From assembly GCA_050701835.1 (NCBI GenBank), contig JBOGDC010000003.1, forward strand, positions 28,085 to 92,084: 64,000 bases of DNA. The letters are read 5' to 3'. The notes below the pieces were generated by a model. That model ran no database searches. It saw only the letters and a list, made by a program, of their open reading frames with translations, and was not told the DNA's origin. Positions 42,783 through 52,500 of the stretch are shown here, in pieces. The translations under genes were made by a program, and so were the position numbers. The DNA is from Mycobacterium sp. (GTDB lineage Bacteria > Actinomycetota > Actinomycetes > Mycobacteriales > Mycobacteriaceae). Numbering within the stretch: the stretch's first letter is position 1; each line of letters begins with the position of its first letter.

Positions 42783-44179
42783 CAGCTACATCCGCACGAC
42801 CGCAGCACCGCCGCGGTCGTGTCCACGGCGTTCCGCGCCGTCGGTGCAGTCGCCTGGTTCTGCATCAGCGCAAAGGTCAGCACCCGGCCGCTCGCATCGG
42901 TGACCACCCCGGCCAGTGTGTTCACACCGGTGAGGGAGCCAGTCTTGGCCCGTAACCACCCGGCAGCGTTGCGATCTTGGGTAACAAAGCGTTCCGACAG
43001 CGTGCCGCTACCACCTGCGATCGGCAACACGTCCAGGAGCGGACGCAGCTTCAGGTGATCAGGACCGGCAGCCGCCTCGATGACGTCATTCAGAGTGCGC
43101 GCGGTTACCCGGTCCTCCGAGGACAGTCCACTCGAATCGCGCAGCGTCAAACCAGTGAGATCAATTCCGTTGCTTCGTAATTGGGCGGTAACCGCATCGA
43201 CAGTGCCGGTAAAGGACTGCGCTCGACCCGATGCCAACGCCACCTCGCGCCCAATGGTCTCGGCCATGACGTTGTCGGAGGCGTTCATCATCTCTCGCAT
43301 CCGCTCCGTCAGCGGTGCCGACTGAACAGACGCAATGGTTTTCGCCGATGGCGGGGCAGTGTCCAACCGCACCGCGTCGGGGTCAACCCCGAGCGCCGTA
43401 GCGAGCGCGCGGCCCGCGTCCAGCGCCGGTGTGGTGGACCGACGCGAGTCGAAGTCGACGGGCTGTGTGCGTCCGGCATCAAGCATCACGGCCTGGATGG
43501 GTGCGACATCGCCGCCGTCGATATCGGCCGGATCCCATGCCTGCGCCATTGCCGGACCGCCAAACCGGCTGATATCCACCGTGATCGACGTGGCGGAAAC
43601 CCCGGACTTACGCACCTGATCAGCAAGGTCGCTGATGCGCGCGGCGTCGCGGTACCAGGTGTCGGTACCCGGCGGTGCCGCGCTGAGAATCGGATCTCCG
43701 CCGCCGACCAGGGTTACCAAGCCTGGTTGCGCGGCAACGTCGGCCACCACCGAGGTGGTGAGCTTGGCGTCCCTGTCGAGGGTGAGTAAAGCGGCCGCGG
43801 CGGTCAGCACCTTATTCGTGGATGCGGGCACCATCGGCACGGTGGAGCCCTGCTGCCACAGTTCGCGGCCCGTCAGCGCATCGGTCACCCTGCCGGTGAA
43901 CATAGCCAGCGCCGGATCGCGCAGCGCCTTATCGAGTGCCTGTGCCAGACCTGCCTCGGTGGGAATCGGTGCGCTGTCGGAAACCGGCACCACACCAGGT
44001 TTGGGGGTGATCAATGCCGGCTGCGACTCGGCGGCCTGCGACTGCCGCGAAGTCGAGGCCCCGGTGGTCAGCGAAACCACGAGAACCAGCGCAGCGATCG
44101 CCAACACCACCGCGATAGCAAGCAGGATGTGGGTAGAGCGCCGCCAGCCACGCGGATCGAGTGCCCTGGCGGTGACCAT
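42782..44179 (-). CDS. dacB: D-alanyl-D-alanine carboxypeptidase/endopeptidase (PBP4 family, DacB-like)
   Basis: SxxK motif [12 protein letters not shown] motif (NASDNVMAE) and KTG motif (RAKTGSLTG), with an N-terminal TM anchor. Start chosen at MVTARALD to leave a promoter gap to divergent ppa. Confidence 0.85.
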   Translation of the reverse strand: MVTARALDPRGWRRSTHILLAIAVVLAIAALVLVVSLTTGASTSRQSQAAESQPALITPKPGVVPVSDSAPIPTEAGLAQALDKALRDPALAMFTGRVTDALTGRELWQQGSTVPMVPASTNKVLTAAAALLTLDRDAKLTTSVVADVAAQPGLVTLVGGGDPILSAAPPGTDTWYRDAARISDLADQVRKSGVSATSITVDISRFGGPAMAQAWDPADIDGGDVAPIQAVMLDAGRTQPVDFDSRRSTTPALDAGRALATALGVDPDAVRLDTAPPSAKTIASVQSAPLTERMREMMNASDNVMAETIGREVALASGRAQSFTGTVDAVTAQLRSNGIDLTGLTLRDSSGLSSEDRVTARTLNDVIEAAAGPDHLKLRPLLDVLPIAGGSGTLSERFVTQDRNAAGWLRAKTGSLTGVNTLAGVVTDASGRVLTFALMQNQATAPTARNAVDTTAAVLRSCGCS

Positions 44180-44303
44180 GCTTTGCAGAGTATCGCTATC
44201 CTGGTGCGCGCCGGACGAACGCTTGCGCGAACGCCGGCAGACCTGGATGAGCGCTTGCGCAAAGACCGACAGACCAAGTACCACGGACATTCAAGGAGCG
44301 GGT

Positions 44304-44792
44304 GTGGAATTCGACGTCACGATCGAGATCCCCAAGGGTCAGCGCAATAAGTATGAGGTCGATCACGAGACCGGCCGGGTGCGCCTGGACCGTTACCTCT
44401 ACACCCCGATGGCCTATCCCGCGGATTATGGCTTCATCGAGAACACCCTCGGCGAGGACGGCGATCCGCTGGACGCGCTGGTGCTGCTGCCCGAGTCAGT
44501 CTTCCCCGGCGTGATCGTCGAAGCGCGGCCCGTCGGAATGTTCAAGATGGTCGACGACGGCGGCGGTGATGACAAGGTGCTGTGCGTGCCCGCCGGTGAT
44601 ACGCGTTGGGACCACATCCAGGAGATCGGCGATGTGTCGAGCTTCGAGCTGGACTCCATCAAGCACTTCTTCGTGCATTACAAGGATCTGGAGCCCGGCA
44701 AGTTCGTCGAGGCCGCCGATTGGGTCGGCCGCGCCGAGGCAGAGGCCGAGGTGCTGGCATCGTTCGAGCGCCTCAAGACACAGGGCCACTAG
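44304..44792 (+). CDS. ppa: Inorganic pyrophosphatase
   Basis: (V)[64 protein letters not shown] at 44304 is preceded by AAGGAG. Embedded in a 385-aa track ORF that is an extension. Confidence 0.95.
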   Translation: MEFDVTIEIPKGQRNKYEVDHETGRVRLDRYLYTPMAYPADYGFIENTLGEDGDPLDALVLLPESVFPGVIVEARPVGMFKMVDDGGGDDKVLCVPAGDTRWDHIQEIGDVSSFELDSIKHFFVHYKDLEPGKFVEAADWVGRAEAEAEVLASFERLKTQGH

Positions 44793-44795
44793 GCG

Positions 44796-45527
44796 TCAGG
44801 GCGCCACACACACGGCGCCCATCGGGCCACTGTTGGTGGCGACCACCACACCGTCGATGGTGATGGAGCAACTGGCCTCACCCCAATCGACGACCATGCG
44901 CGGCGATGCCGCGAAGTTGGTTATCGTCACGGACACTCCCCACGGGAGTTTGATGTCCTCAATGGTGACCAGTTCGGTGCCGGTCCAATAGTTGACCTTC
45001 AAGCCGAAATGCGGCGGCATCGGGTCGGCGCCCGACCCCCACGCGCTGTAGGTGACGCTCTTGCCGCCGTTTCCTGAACCGCCCGGACCTTGGCCCGATG
45101 TGGGCACCGGTTTCGGCGCCTCGATGGTGGTGGGAACCGGGGGCGCCTCGGTGGTCGTCGGCGTGGTCTCAACACCGGTGCTGGGATTCGGCGGCGGCGG
45201 TGACGGCGGAGGTGGTTCGGGCCTTGTCGTCGAGGGCATCGGGACGTCGTTGGGTCCGGTCCACGTCGTGGACGGGGTGACGGTGACCGTTGTGGGGGCG
45301 GCCGTCTCAGTTCTGCGGGTGATGACCAGGATCGCGGTCAGGGCTATCGCCAGCACCGCCAGAACGCTGACGCCGGCGACTATCCAGGGCCATTTCGGCG
45401 GTTTCGGATCCTCGGGATAGGGAACCGCCTCGCCAGGCGGCCATGGCTCCTGCGGGTACTCCTGCCAAGCCGGATCTGTCACTGTCCCCCCCTCCTCTCG
45501 CCCCGGCCCCAACCCAGGCTGAGGCAA
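44796..45527 (-). CDS. Membrane-anchored protein with a Pro/Thr-rich linker and an MmpS-like C-terminal domain
   Basis: Single TM helix (WPWIVAGVSVLAVLAIALTAILVI). The C-terminal block KSVTYSAWGSG...VNYWTGT...LPWGVSVT...ASCSITIDGVVVA...AVCVA resembles the MmpS fold pattern. Tentative. Confidence 0.55.
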   Translation of the reverse strand: MPQPGLGPGREEGGTVTDPAWQEYPQEPWPPGEAVPYPEDPKPPKWPWIVAGVSVLAVLAIALTAILVITRRTETAAPTTVTVTPSTTWTGPNDVPMPSTTRPEPPPPSPPPPNPSTGVETTPTTTEAPPVPTTIEAPKPVPTSGQGPGGSGNGGKSVTYSAWGSGADPMPPHFGLKVNYWTGTELVTIEDIKLPWGVSVTITNFAASPRMVVDWGEASCSITIDGVVVATNSGPMGAVCVAP

Positions 45528-45605
45528 TGTTACGCCGCGTTAAGCTCCTGCAAAATCAACCGTCACCCTCTAGCGAACATCGATCAATGGCCGAATCATG
45601 GTCAT

Positions 45606-46127
45606 ATGTTGATGCATCAGGGCATCGGCCGCGAAATGTTCAACCAGATGCCCGATACCAAAGCGGTCCACGCGCTATACGAGTGCGGTGGCAGTGTGAC
45701 CTGGGCCCGCAAGATTGCCGCAGCACGGCCCTTCACCGACCACAACGCCCTGTTCAGATTCGCCGACAACGAGCTGTTCGCGCTGTCCGAGGAGTCGCTG
45801 GACGAGTTGCTGATCGCGTATCCCCCTCTGGGCAAACGGCCGGGAAGTGCGCGGTCACAAGCGGAACAGTGCGCGATCCGTGACGAAACCCCGGGAGTGA
45901 TGGCCGCGCTACGGGCCGCCGCACATCGGTACGAGCACCACTTCGGTCATCGCTTCGTGATGCACACGTGCGGACAAGATGGGGCCTCCGTGCTGCGCGC
46001 CATCTCCGACCGGATGCATCACGACGTGGACACCGAACGCAAAGTGACCCGCAATGAACTCGCAAAGATCAACCGCACGCGGCTTGAGCGCATGCTCGGC
46101 CCCGAGGGCGGCTACGACAACTGGTGA
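45606..46127 (+). CDS. 2-oxo-4-hydroxy-4-carboxy-5-ureidoimidazoline (OHCU) decarboxylase
   Basis: LIAYPPLG...SQAEQ...YEHHFGHRFVMHTCG are typical OHCU decarboxylase (UraD) motifs. Confidence 0.8.
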   Translation: MLMHQGIGREMFNQMPDTKAVHALYECGGSVTWARKIAAARPFTDHNALFRFADNELFALSEESLDELLIAYPPLGKRPGSARSQAEQCAIRDETPGVMAALRAAAHRYEHHFGHRFVMHTCGQDGASVLRAISDRMHHDVDTERKVTRNELAKINRTRLERMLGPEGGYDNW

Positions 46128-46148
46128 TCAGGCTGTCCACGGCACTCG

Positions 46149-46691
46149 CTACGCCGCCAACGGCACCCGGTGTGGCAGTAAGGCCAGCACGCGCTGTGCA
46201 ACACAACGGATATCGGTCGACTGCGATACCGGAATCAGGGTCACGCCGTCGGCCACGCCTGCCAGGTAGATATCGGCGAGGAGTCCGGCCAGCCCCTCCG
46301 GCGTACCCGCATAAGACACCGAGGCGGGGGGCGACACAGTCGCGAAATGCTTACGCGCCATTCGAGAATCGGCCTCGATGTGCACGTAAACATCGAGAAT
46401 CACCGCGGCTGACTCCACGTGGGAACCACGGATCGTTTGGCACAACCGCTGGGCCTGTTTGAGGTCGGGAGCACTGACGCGCTCTGTCGCATCGGAACCC
46501 CCGGTCAGTTCGAGCCACTCATCAGGCGTTTCGGCAAATACACGAAACGGATGCGACGGTCGTCGACTCGCTGCTGCCACGGCGCTCACGGTATCGGCCG
46601 CCAAACGACCCTCGCCATCGTTGCGTTCACACCGAACCAAACGAATTACTTCCCGAAATGCTTCCCAGAAAATCGGGCAGCGGGCGTGCAT
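46149..46691 (-). CDS. Hypothetical protein; the C-terminal part resembles the C-terminal segment of LLM-class oxidoreductases (possible gene fragment)
   Basis: YAGTPEGLAGLLADIYLAGVADGVTLIP resembles the GTPE...ADG...L.P ending of luciferase-like monooxygenases, but there is no room for the N-terminal barrel. The 5' end overlaps the upstream gene, so the real start is uncertain. Confidence 0.35.
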   Translation of the reverse strand: MHARCPIFWEAFREVIRLVRCERNDGEGRLAADTVSAVAAASRRPSHPFRVFAETPDEWLELTGGSDATERVSAPDLKQAQRLCQTIRGSHVESAAVILDVYVHIEADSRMARKHFATVSPPASVSYAGTPEGLAGLLADIYLAGVADGVTLIPVSQSTDIRCVAQRVLALLPHRVPLAA

Positions 46692-48027
46692 CCTCGACAG
46701 GGCCTACCTGCCCGTCGCGCTCGGTGTAGCTCAGCGTGGGGCCGCGGTCAACGAGTTCACCGATCGCGTCCACAAGACGTGCGATATCGCTCGCCGTGGT
46801 TCCCAATCCGATGCTGGCGCGGACCGCTCCCGTCGGAGCGCCCAGTCTGGCCAACAGTGGGTGAGCGCAGAACCTGCCATCCCGCACGGCGATGCCGTGT
46901 TCGGCCGACAGGTAGGCGGCAACAACTGACGGTGTGTATCCGGCGACGGTGAAAGACACAATGCCCAGCACGTCACCACCCGCGGGCCAGATGCGCAGGG
47001 TGTCAACGCCTTCGACGGCATCCAGTCCATCACGCAGCTGGGCCGTCAGCAATTCCTCGACATGACTCGCCTCGACGAGGGCCTCCAACGCCTGGCAGGC
47101 TGCAGCCACCGCGGCGACTCCGACCACATTCGGCGTCCCCGCCTCATGCCGCTGCGGACCCGTGAGCCAGTCGGCACCGTCGACGCCTACCTCGCGGACT
47201 GCTCCGCCGCCCGCGAGGTAGGGCCGTGCGGCATCGAGCCAGTCAGATCGCCCCACCAGGACTCCGGCACCGAATGGTGCATACAGCTTGTGCCCGGAGA
47301 AGGCCAGATAGTCGATACCCGATGCCGCCAGGTCAACCCTGCGGTGCGGCACCAGCTGTGCCCCGTCCACCGCGATCCTTGCCCCATGCCGGTGCGCGAG
47401 GGCGGCGAGTTCCGCCAACGGCAGCACCTCGCCGGTGACATTTGAGGCGCCGGTGACGGCCAGTAGTGCTGCGGGCTGCCGTGCCAGTTCCTCGTTCAGC
47501 GCGGACACGGTATCCGCAACGGTGCCGCGGTGCTCCACCACTCGGGCGCCATATCGCTGCCAGGTCAAGAGGTTTGCATGGTGTTCGATGTCCAGCACCA
47601 CCACCTTGGCATGTCGCCGGCTTTCGGGCTCCGTCGTTGGATGTCGCCGGCTTTCGGGCTCCGTCGCGCCCGGCACCGCCGACGCCAGCAGGTTGAGCGA
47701 ATCGGTGGTGTTCCGGGTGAAGATCACCTGGTGGCCGTCGGGGGCTCCGACGAAGCGTGCCACCGTCTCCCGTGCTCCCTCGTAGAGAACCGTGCACACA
47801 CGTGAGGCATATCCGGCCCCGCGGTGCACGCTGGCGTAGTACGGCAGCAGCTCGGTAACCCGGTCCGCGACATCGGAGAGCGCGGGCGCGCTGGCCGCGT
47901 AGTCGAAGTTGGCGTACCTGATCCAGCCACCTTGGGCCAATGGCACTTTGGTATCGGCTCCCACAACGCGTGCGACCGCACGCTCGGACCCTGACTGTTT
48001 GGCCACGGATTCTTTGGACACAGACAT
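46627..48027 (-). CDS. Class V aminotransferase / cysteine desulfurase-like PLP enzyme
   Basis: FDYAASAP, FTRNTTDSLNLL, LDIEHHANLLTW and FSGHKLYAPFGAGVL (PLP lysine) motifs. ATG at 48025-48027. Confidence 0.85.
   Translation of the reverse strand: MSVSKESVAKQSGSERAVARVVGADTKVPLAQGGWIRYANFDYAASAPALSDVADRVTELLPYYASVHRGAGYASRVCTVLYEGARETVARFVGAPDGHQVIFTRNTTDSLNLLASAVPGATEPESRRHPTTEPESRRHAKVVVLDIEHHANLLTWQRYGARVVEHRGTVADTVSALNEELARQPAALLAVTGASNVTGEVLPLAELAALAHRHGARIAVDGAQLVPHRRVDLAASGIDYLAFSGHKLYAPFGAGVLVGRSDWLDAARPYLAGGGAVREVGVDGADWLTGPQRHEAGTPNVVGVAAVAAACQALEALVEASHVEELLTAQLRDGLDAVEGVDTLRIWPAGGDVLGIVSFTVAGYTPSVVAAYLSAEHGIAVRDGRFCAHPLLARLGAPTGAVRASIGLGTTASDIARLVDAIGELVDRGPTLSYTERDGQVGPVEDARPLPDFLGSISGSNSFGSV
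47611..47670. repeat. 2 x 30-bp in-frame tandem duplication inside the aminotransferase gene
   Basis: ATGTCGCCGGCTTTCGGGCTCCGTCG occurs at 47611-47636 and again at 47641-47666 (26/30 identical per unit). It encodes ATEPESRRHP followed by TTEPESRRHA. Confidence 0.9.
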
Positions 48028-48299
48028 GTGACATCCCATCTCACCGGACCCGCCCGGCGAGTCCACGCTTGCCGGCCCCGGTTGGGAACAACCAGGTCGT
48101 CACCTGGAGCACCCCGCCGTGGATGAGCCGCTGGCGCGAAGACCAACGGATTGGAGGAGGGTTGCCGACCAGCTAGCCAGGGCTTATCGCTGGTTCTCAT
48201 GACCTGTGCGCAGTCTGCCCGCCTGCCGCGACCATCGTCAAGCACATTGCGCAGGGTGATTCCAATCCTGATTTTCCGATCTGTGCGCGGTAGGGCAGA

Positions 48300-48412
48300 C
48301 TGGCTAGCGGAGGGGAGTATTCCTTCGCTGCGGTGTCGTCATCACATCGGCCATTGTTGGTCCGGTCGGTGCCGCAGGCCGGTCACCTACCGGCGGAAGA
48401 GACCTCCGGCGT
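48300..48412 (+). promoter_or_regulatory. yybP-ykoY (manganese) type riboswitch in the TerC leader
   Basis: The 5' CGGAGGGGAGUA and 3' AAGAGACCUCCG segments form a P1 stem with the conserved GGGGAGUA and GAGACC elements, about 100 nt apart. A TerC/Alx-family gene downstream is the classic genomic context. Confidence 0.6.
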
Positions 48413-48427
48413 TTTGACGACCGGAGG
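48403..48427 (+). promoter_or_regulatory. RBS-sequestering hairpin (expression platform)
   Basis: CCTCCGG (48403-48409) pairs with CCGGAGG (48421-48427), leaving an 11-nt loop. The 3' arm contains the GGAGG Shine-Dalgarno 7 nt before ATG 48435. The 5' arm overlaps the riboswitch P1 3' strand. Confidence 0.5.
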
Positions 48428-48434
48428 TTATTCA

Positions 48435-49418
48435 ATGCAGGTATCCCAGATCGAATGGATCATCACGCTGGCCGTGACGGTCGCGATCCTGTTGGTCGAT
48501 GTCGTAGTGATCGGTAGACGGCCGCATGAACCTTCGGTCCGGGAAACCGCCACGGCGCTAAGCATCTACCTAGGCCTGGCAGTGGCGTTCGGCCTGTGGG
48601 TGTGGTTCTTCCACGGCAGCCAGTTCGGGCTGGAGTTTTTCGCGGGCTGGCTCACCGAATACAGCCTGTCAGTGGACAACCTGTTCATCTTCTTGATCAT
48701 CATGGCCAGCTTCAAAGTGCCCAGGGTCTATCAGCAGGAAGCTCTGCTGATCGGCATCATTCTGGCGCTGATCTTCCGCGGCATCTTCATCGCGCTCGGC
48801 GCGGTCGCCATCAACGAATTCTCATGGATCTTCTACCTGTTCGGCGCATTCCTGGTGTACACGGCGATCAATCTGGCACGCGACACCGAGCATGACGACG
48901 ACGCCGAAAACACCGTGGTGAAGTTCGCCCGCAAGCACCTGCGAACCATCGACAAGTGGGATGGCCTACGGCTGTGGGTGAAAGACAACAGCACGAACGG
49001 CGCCAGACTTATCACGCCGATGTTCCTGGTAATCGTCGCGTTGGGCACCACCGACCTGCTCTTTGCGCTCGACTCGATTCCGGCCATCTACGGGCTTACC
49101 AAAGAGCCGTATCTGGTTTTCACCGCCAACGTGTTCGCGCTCATGGGCCTGCGGCAGCTGTATTTCCTTCTCGGCGACATGCTCAAGCGTCTGGTGTACC
49201 TGTCGCAGGGGCTGGCCTTCATCCTCTTCTTCATCGGCGTCAAGCTGGTCCTGCATGCACTGCACGAGAATGAGCTGCCGTTCATCAACGGCGGCGAACC
49301 CGTGCACGTCCCCGAGATACCAACGCTCGCAAGCCTCGCCGTGATCGTGGTGACGTTGCTCATCACCACCGCGGCCAGCCTGTATAAGACAAGGGTGCAT
49401 GACGCCCGAGAAGGCTAA
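48435..49418 (+). CDS. TerC/Alx-family integral membrane protein
   Basis: FFAGWLTEYSLSVDNLFIF...DLLFALDSIPAIYG are duplicated TerC motifs. ATG at 48435; the track ORF start at 48333 lies inside the riboswitch. Confidence 0.88.
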   Translation: MQVSQIEWIITLAVTVAILLVDVVVIGRRPHEPSVRETATALSIYLGLAVAFGLWVWFFHGSQFGLEFFAGWLTEYSLSVDNLFIFLIIMASFKVPRVYQQEALLIGIILALIFRGIFIALGAVAINEFSWIFYLFGAFLVYTAINLARDTEHDDDAENTVVKFARKHLRTIDKWDGLRLWVKDNSTNGARLITPMFLVIVALGTTDLLFALDSIPAIYGLTKEPYLVFTANVFALMGLRQLYFLLGDMLKRLVYLSQGLAFILFFIGVKLVLHALHENELPFINGGEPVHVPEIPTLASLAVIVVTLLITTAASLYKTRVHDAREG

Positions 49419-49592
49419 GAGTCAGCACCGGAACACTCCAACGGCCGCTCTGGCAAATTAGACGGCCGTGACCCCACCGCACCCACGCGACCACTTCCGC
49501 GCGGCACCAGGCCCAGTCGCACCCAGACCGATAGGCTCGCTGCGGTACCCCTCCAGGCCCATAAAACCGACGCGGAAATTACGAGGAGAAGC

Positions 49593-52500
49593 GTGACCGG
49601 CCCCGACGAGTCACCCACAAGCCGCGCGCGCGAAGAGGCACCGGATCCGGCGTCTCACCCCGCGCCTCACGAGGGCCCGACCAACCGTATTCCCCCGCAA
49701 TACCTCCTGGGGAAGTCCGCCGCACCGGCGCGCACCCTCATCGACATCCTCTACTCGACGGCCGCGGAGAATCCCGATGCGCCCGCCATCGACGACGGCA
49801 CCGTGCAGCTCACGTACTCCGAACTCATCGTCGATGTCGAGGCGAGCGTCGAGTGGCTGAGCACGCGCGGTATCGGGCGCGGCGATCGGGTCGGCATCCG
49901 AATGCCCTCCGGCAGCTACTCGCTCTATGTGGCAATCCTCGCGACCCTGGCCGCGGGGGCCGCGTACGTTCCCGTGGACGCCGATGATCCCGATGAGCGT
50001 GCGGCGCTGGTTTTCGGCGAGGCCGAGGTGGCCGCCGTCATCACGCCCGATGGGCTGGTTCGCGGTCCGGGGTCGTCGCGAGGTTGGCGCGCCACGAAAC
50101 CGACACCGCGCGACGATGCGTGGATCATCTTTACATCGGGTTCAACCGGTACCCCGAAGGGTGTGGCGGTGACGCACCGCAACGCCGCCGCCTTCGTCGA
50201 CGCCGAAGCGCAAATGTTCTTGCTGGACAGCCCAATCGGCCCGGAAGACCGGGTGCTTGCCGGACTTTCCGTGGCCTTCGACGCCTCCTGTGAGGAGATG
50301 TGGCTCGCGTGGCGCTACGGCGCCTGCCTGGTGCCCGCGCCTCGTTCCCTGGTGCGCAGCGGCATGGATCTGGGACCGTGGCTGGTATCCCGCGATGTCA
50401 CCGTGGTGTCGACGGTGCCTACCCTCGCGGCGCTCTGGCCGGCGGAAGCACTGGAGGCAGTCCGCCTGCTGATCTTCGGCGGTGAGGCCTGCCCACCGGA
50501 CCTTGCCGAGCGGCTCGCTACCGGAGAAGACGGTGCCGCACGCGAGGTGTGGAATACCTATGGCCCCACCGAGGCCACCGTGGTGGCGTGCGCGGCGAGG
50601 TTGGACGGGATGAGCCCGGTCAGCATCGGATTACCGCTACCTGGTTGGGATTTGGCGGTCGTGGATGCCCAGGGCAACCAGGTGGCGTACGGCGAGATCG
50701 GCGAGCTGGTGATCGGTGGCGTCGGGCTGGCCAAATACCTCGACCCGGACAAAGACGCCGAAAAGTACGCGCCGCTGCACACTTTGGGTTGGTCGCGCGC
50801 CTACCGCAGTGGTGACCTGGTGCGCTTGGAACCTGACGGACTGTATTTTCAGGGCCGCGCCGACGACCAGGTCAAGGTCGGGGGCCGCCGCATCGAACTC
50901 GGTGAAGTGGATGCGGCGCTGGTTAACCTGCCCGGAGTAAGCGGCGGCGCCGCCACGGTGCGCAAGACCGCGAGCGGCACCCCGCTGCTGGTGGGCTACA
51001 TCGCCAGTGCCGACCCCAACTTCGATATTGCCGCAGCCCGCGCAAGCCTGGCCGAATCGCTTCCCGCCGCACTGGTGCCGCGACTGGTCAAACTGGACGA
51101 ACTACCTACGCGTACATCGGGAAAGGTGGATCGTAACGCGCTGCCATGGCCGCCACCGGGAGCCAGCGCCGATGACGACGCACCCGAGCTAGGCGGCACC
51201 ATGGGCTGGCTCGCCGGATTGTGGCGCGACGTACTGGCGGCTCCGATCGACGGGCCCGAAGCCGACTTCTTCGCCCTCGGCGGCGGATCGCTCTCCGCGG
51301 CACAGCTGGTCGCGGCATTGCGCCAGCGCTACCCGCAGGTGACCGTCGCAAACCTGTACGACCAGCCGCGGCTCGGGTCGCTGGCCACGTATCTGGACGA
51401 GCTGGCACCTCCTGTCGCAGTCGAACCGCGGATCGTCAAACCGGTACCGCGCCTGGCCGAGCTGGCGCAACTTGTTGCGACGGTTCCACTGACCACGCTC
51501 ACCGGTCTGCAATGGGTGACGTGGCTTGCCCTGGCCAACAACGTATTTGCGACGTTTAGTCGGGTCCCATGGCTGGTCACCGTGAACTGGTGGGTGGTAT
51601 TGGCGGCATTCGTGCTCTTCATCACGCCCCTGGGTCGCATGAGCATTACCGTCATCGGAGCCCGGCTGCTGTTATCCGGAGTCAAGCCCGGCACGTACGC
51701 CCGTGGTGGAAGCGTGCATCTGCGCGTGTGGATTGCCGACCGGCTCGCTACCGCCAGCGGCGCCGAGAACCTTTCCGGCGCACCGTGGATGGTGTACTAC
51801 GCCCGGGCCCTGGGTGCGCGCGTAGGCAACGGGGTCGATCTGCATTCGTCGCCGCCGGTGACCGGGTGGCTCACCCTTGGTCACCGCAGTTCCGTCGAGC
51901 CTGAGGTCGACCTGTCCGGGCATTGGGTGGATGGTGACAAATTCCATGTCGGACCGATCATTATCGGGGACGACGCCACCGTGGGTGCCCGCACCACGCT
52001 GTTTCCCGGCTCGGTCATCGGTAAGAACGCCGACGTGGCACCGGGTTCCGGTGTCACCGGACGGGTAAAGAATGGTCAGTACTGGAAGGGATCGCCGGCG
52101 ATCAAGTCCGGTAAGGCACGTCATCCCTGGCCCGACTATCGTCCGCCCCGTGCGGCGCAATGGATTGCGATCTACGGCATAACCTCCGTCCTGATCGGTG
52201 GACTGCCGCTATTGGCGCTGGCCGCCGGTTTGGCCGCGGTGGCGTTCGGCATCAGGGACGCCGCCACTATCTGCGAAGCCGTTGTGCCTGCGCTCATCTG
52301 GACGCCCGGCGCGGCATTGGTCAGCGTGGTCATCTACGCCGGCATCACCGTGGTACTGGTGCGGCTGCTGTCGATCGGCGTGCACGAGGGATATCACCCG
52401 GTCCGCAGCAGGCAGGGATGGCAACTATGGGGCACCGAACGCCTGATGGACGCCGCCCGTAACTACCTTTTCCCCATCTATGCGAGCCTGCTGACTCCAT

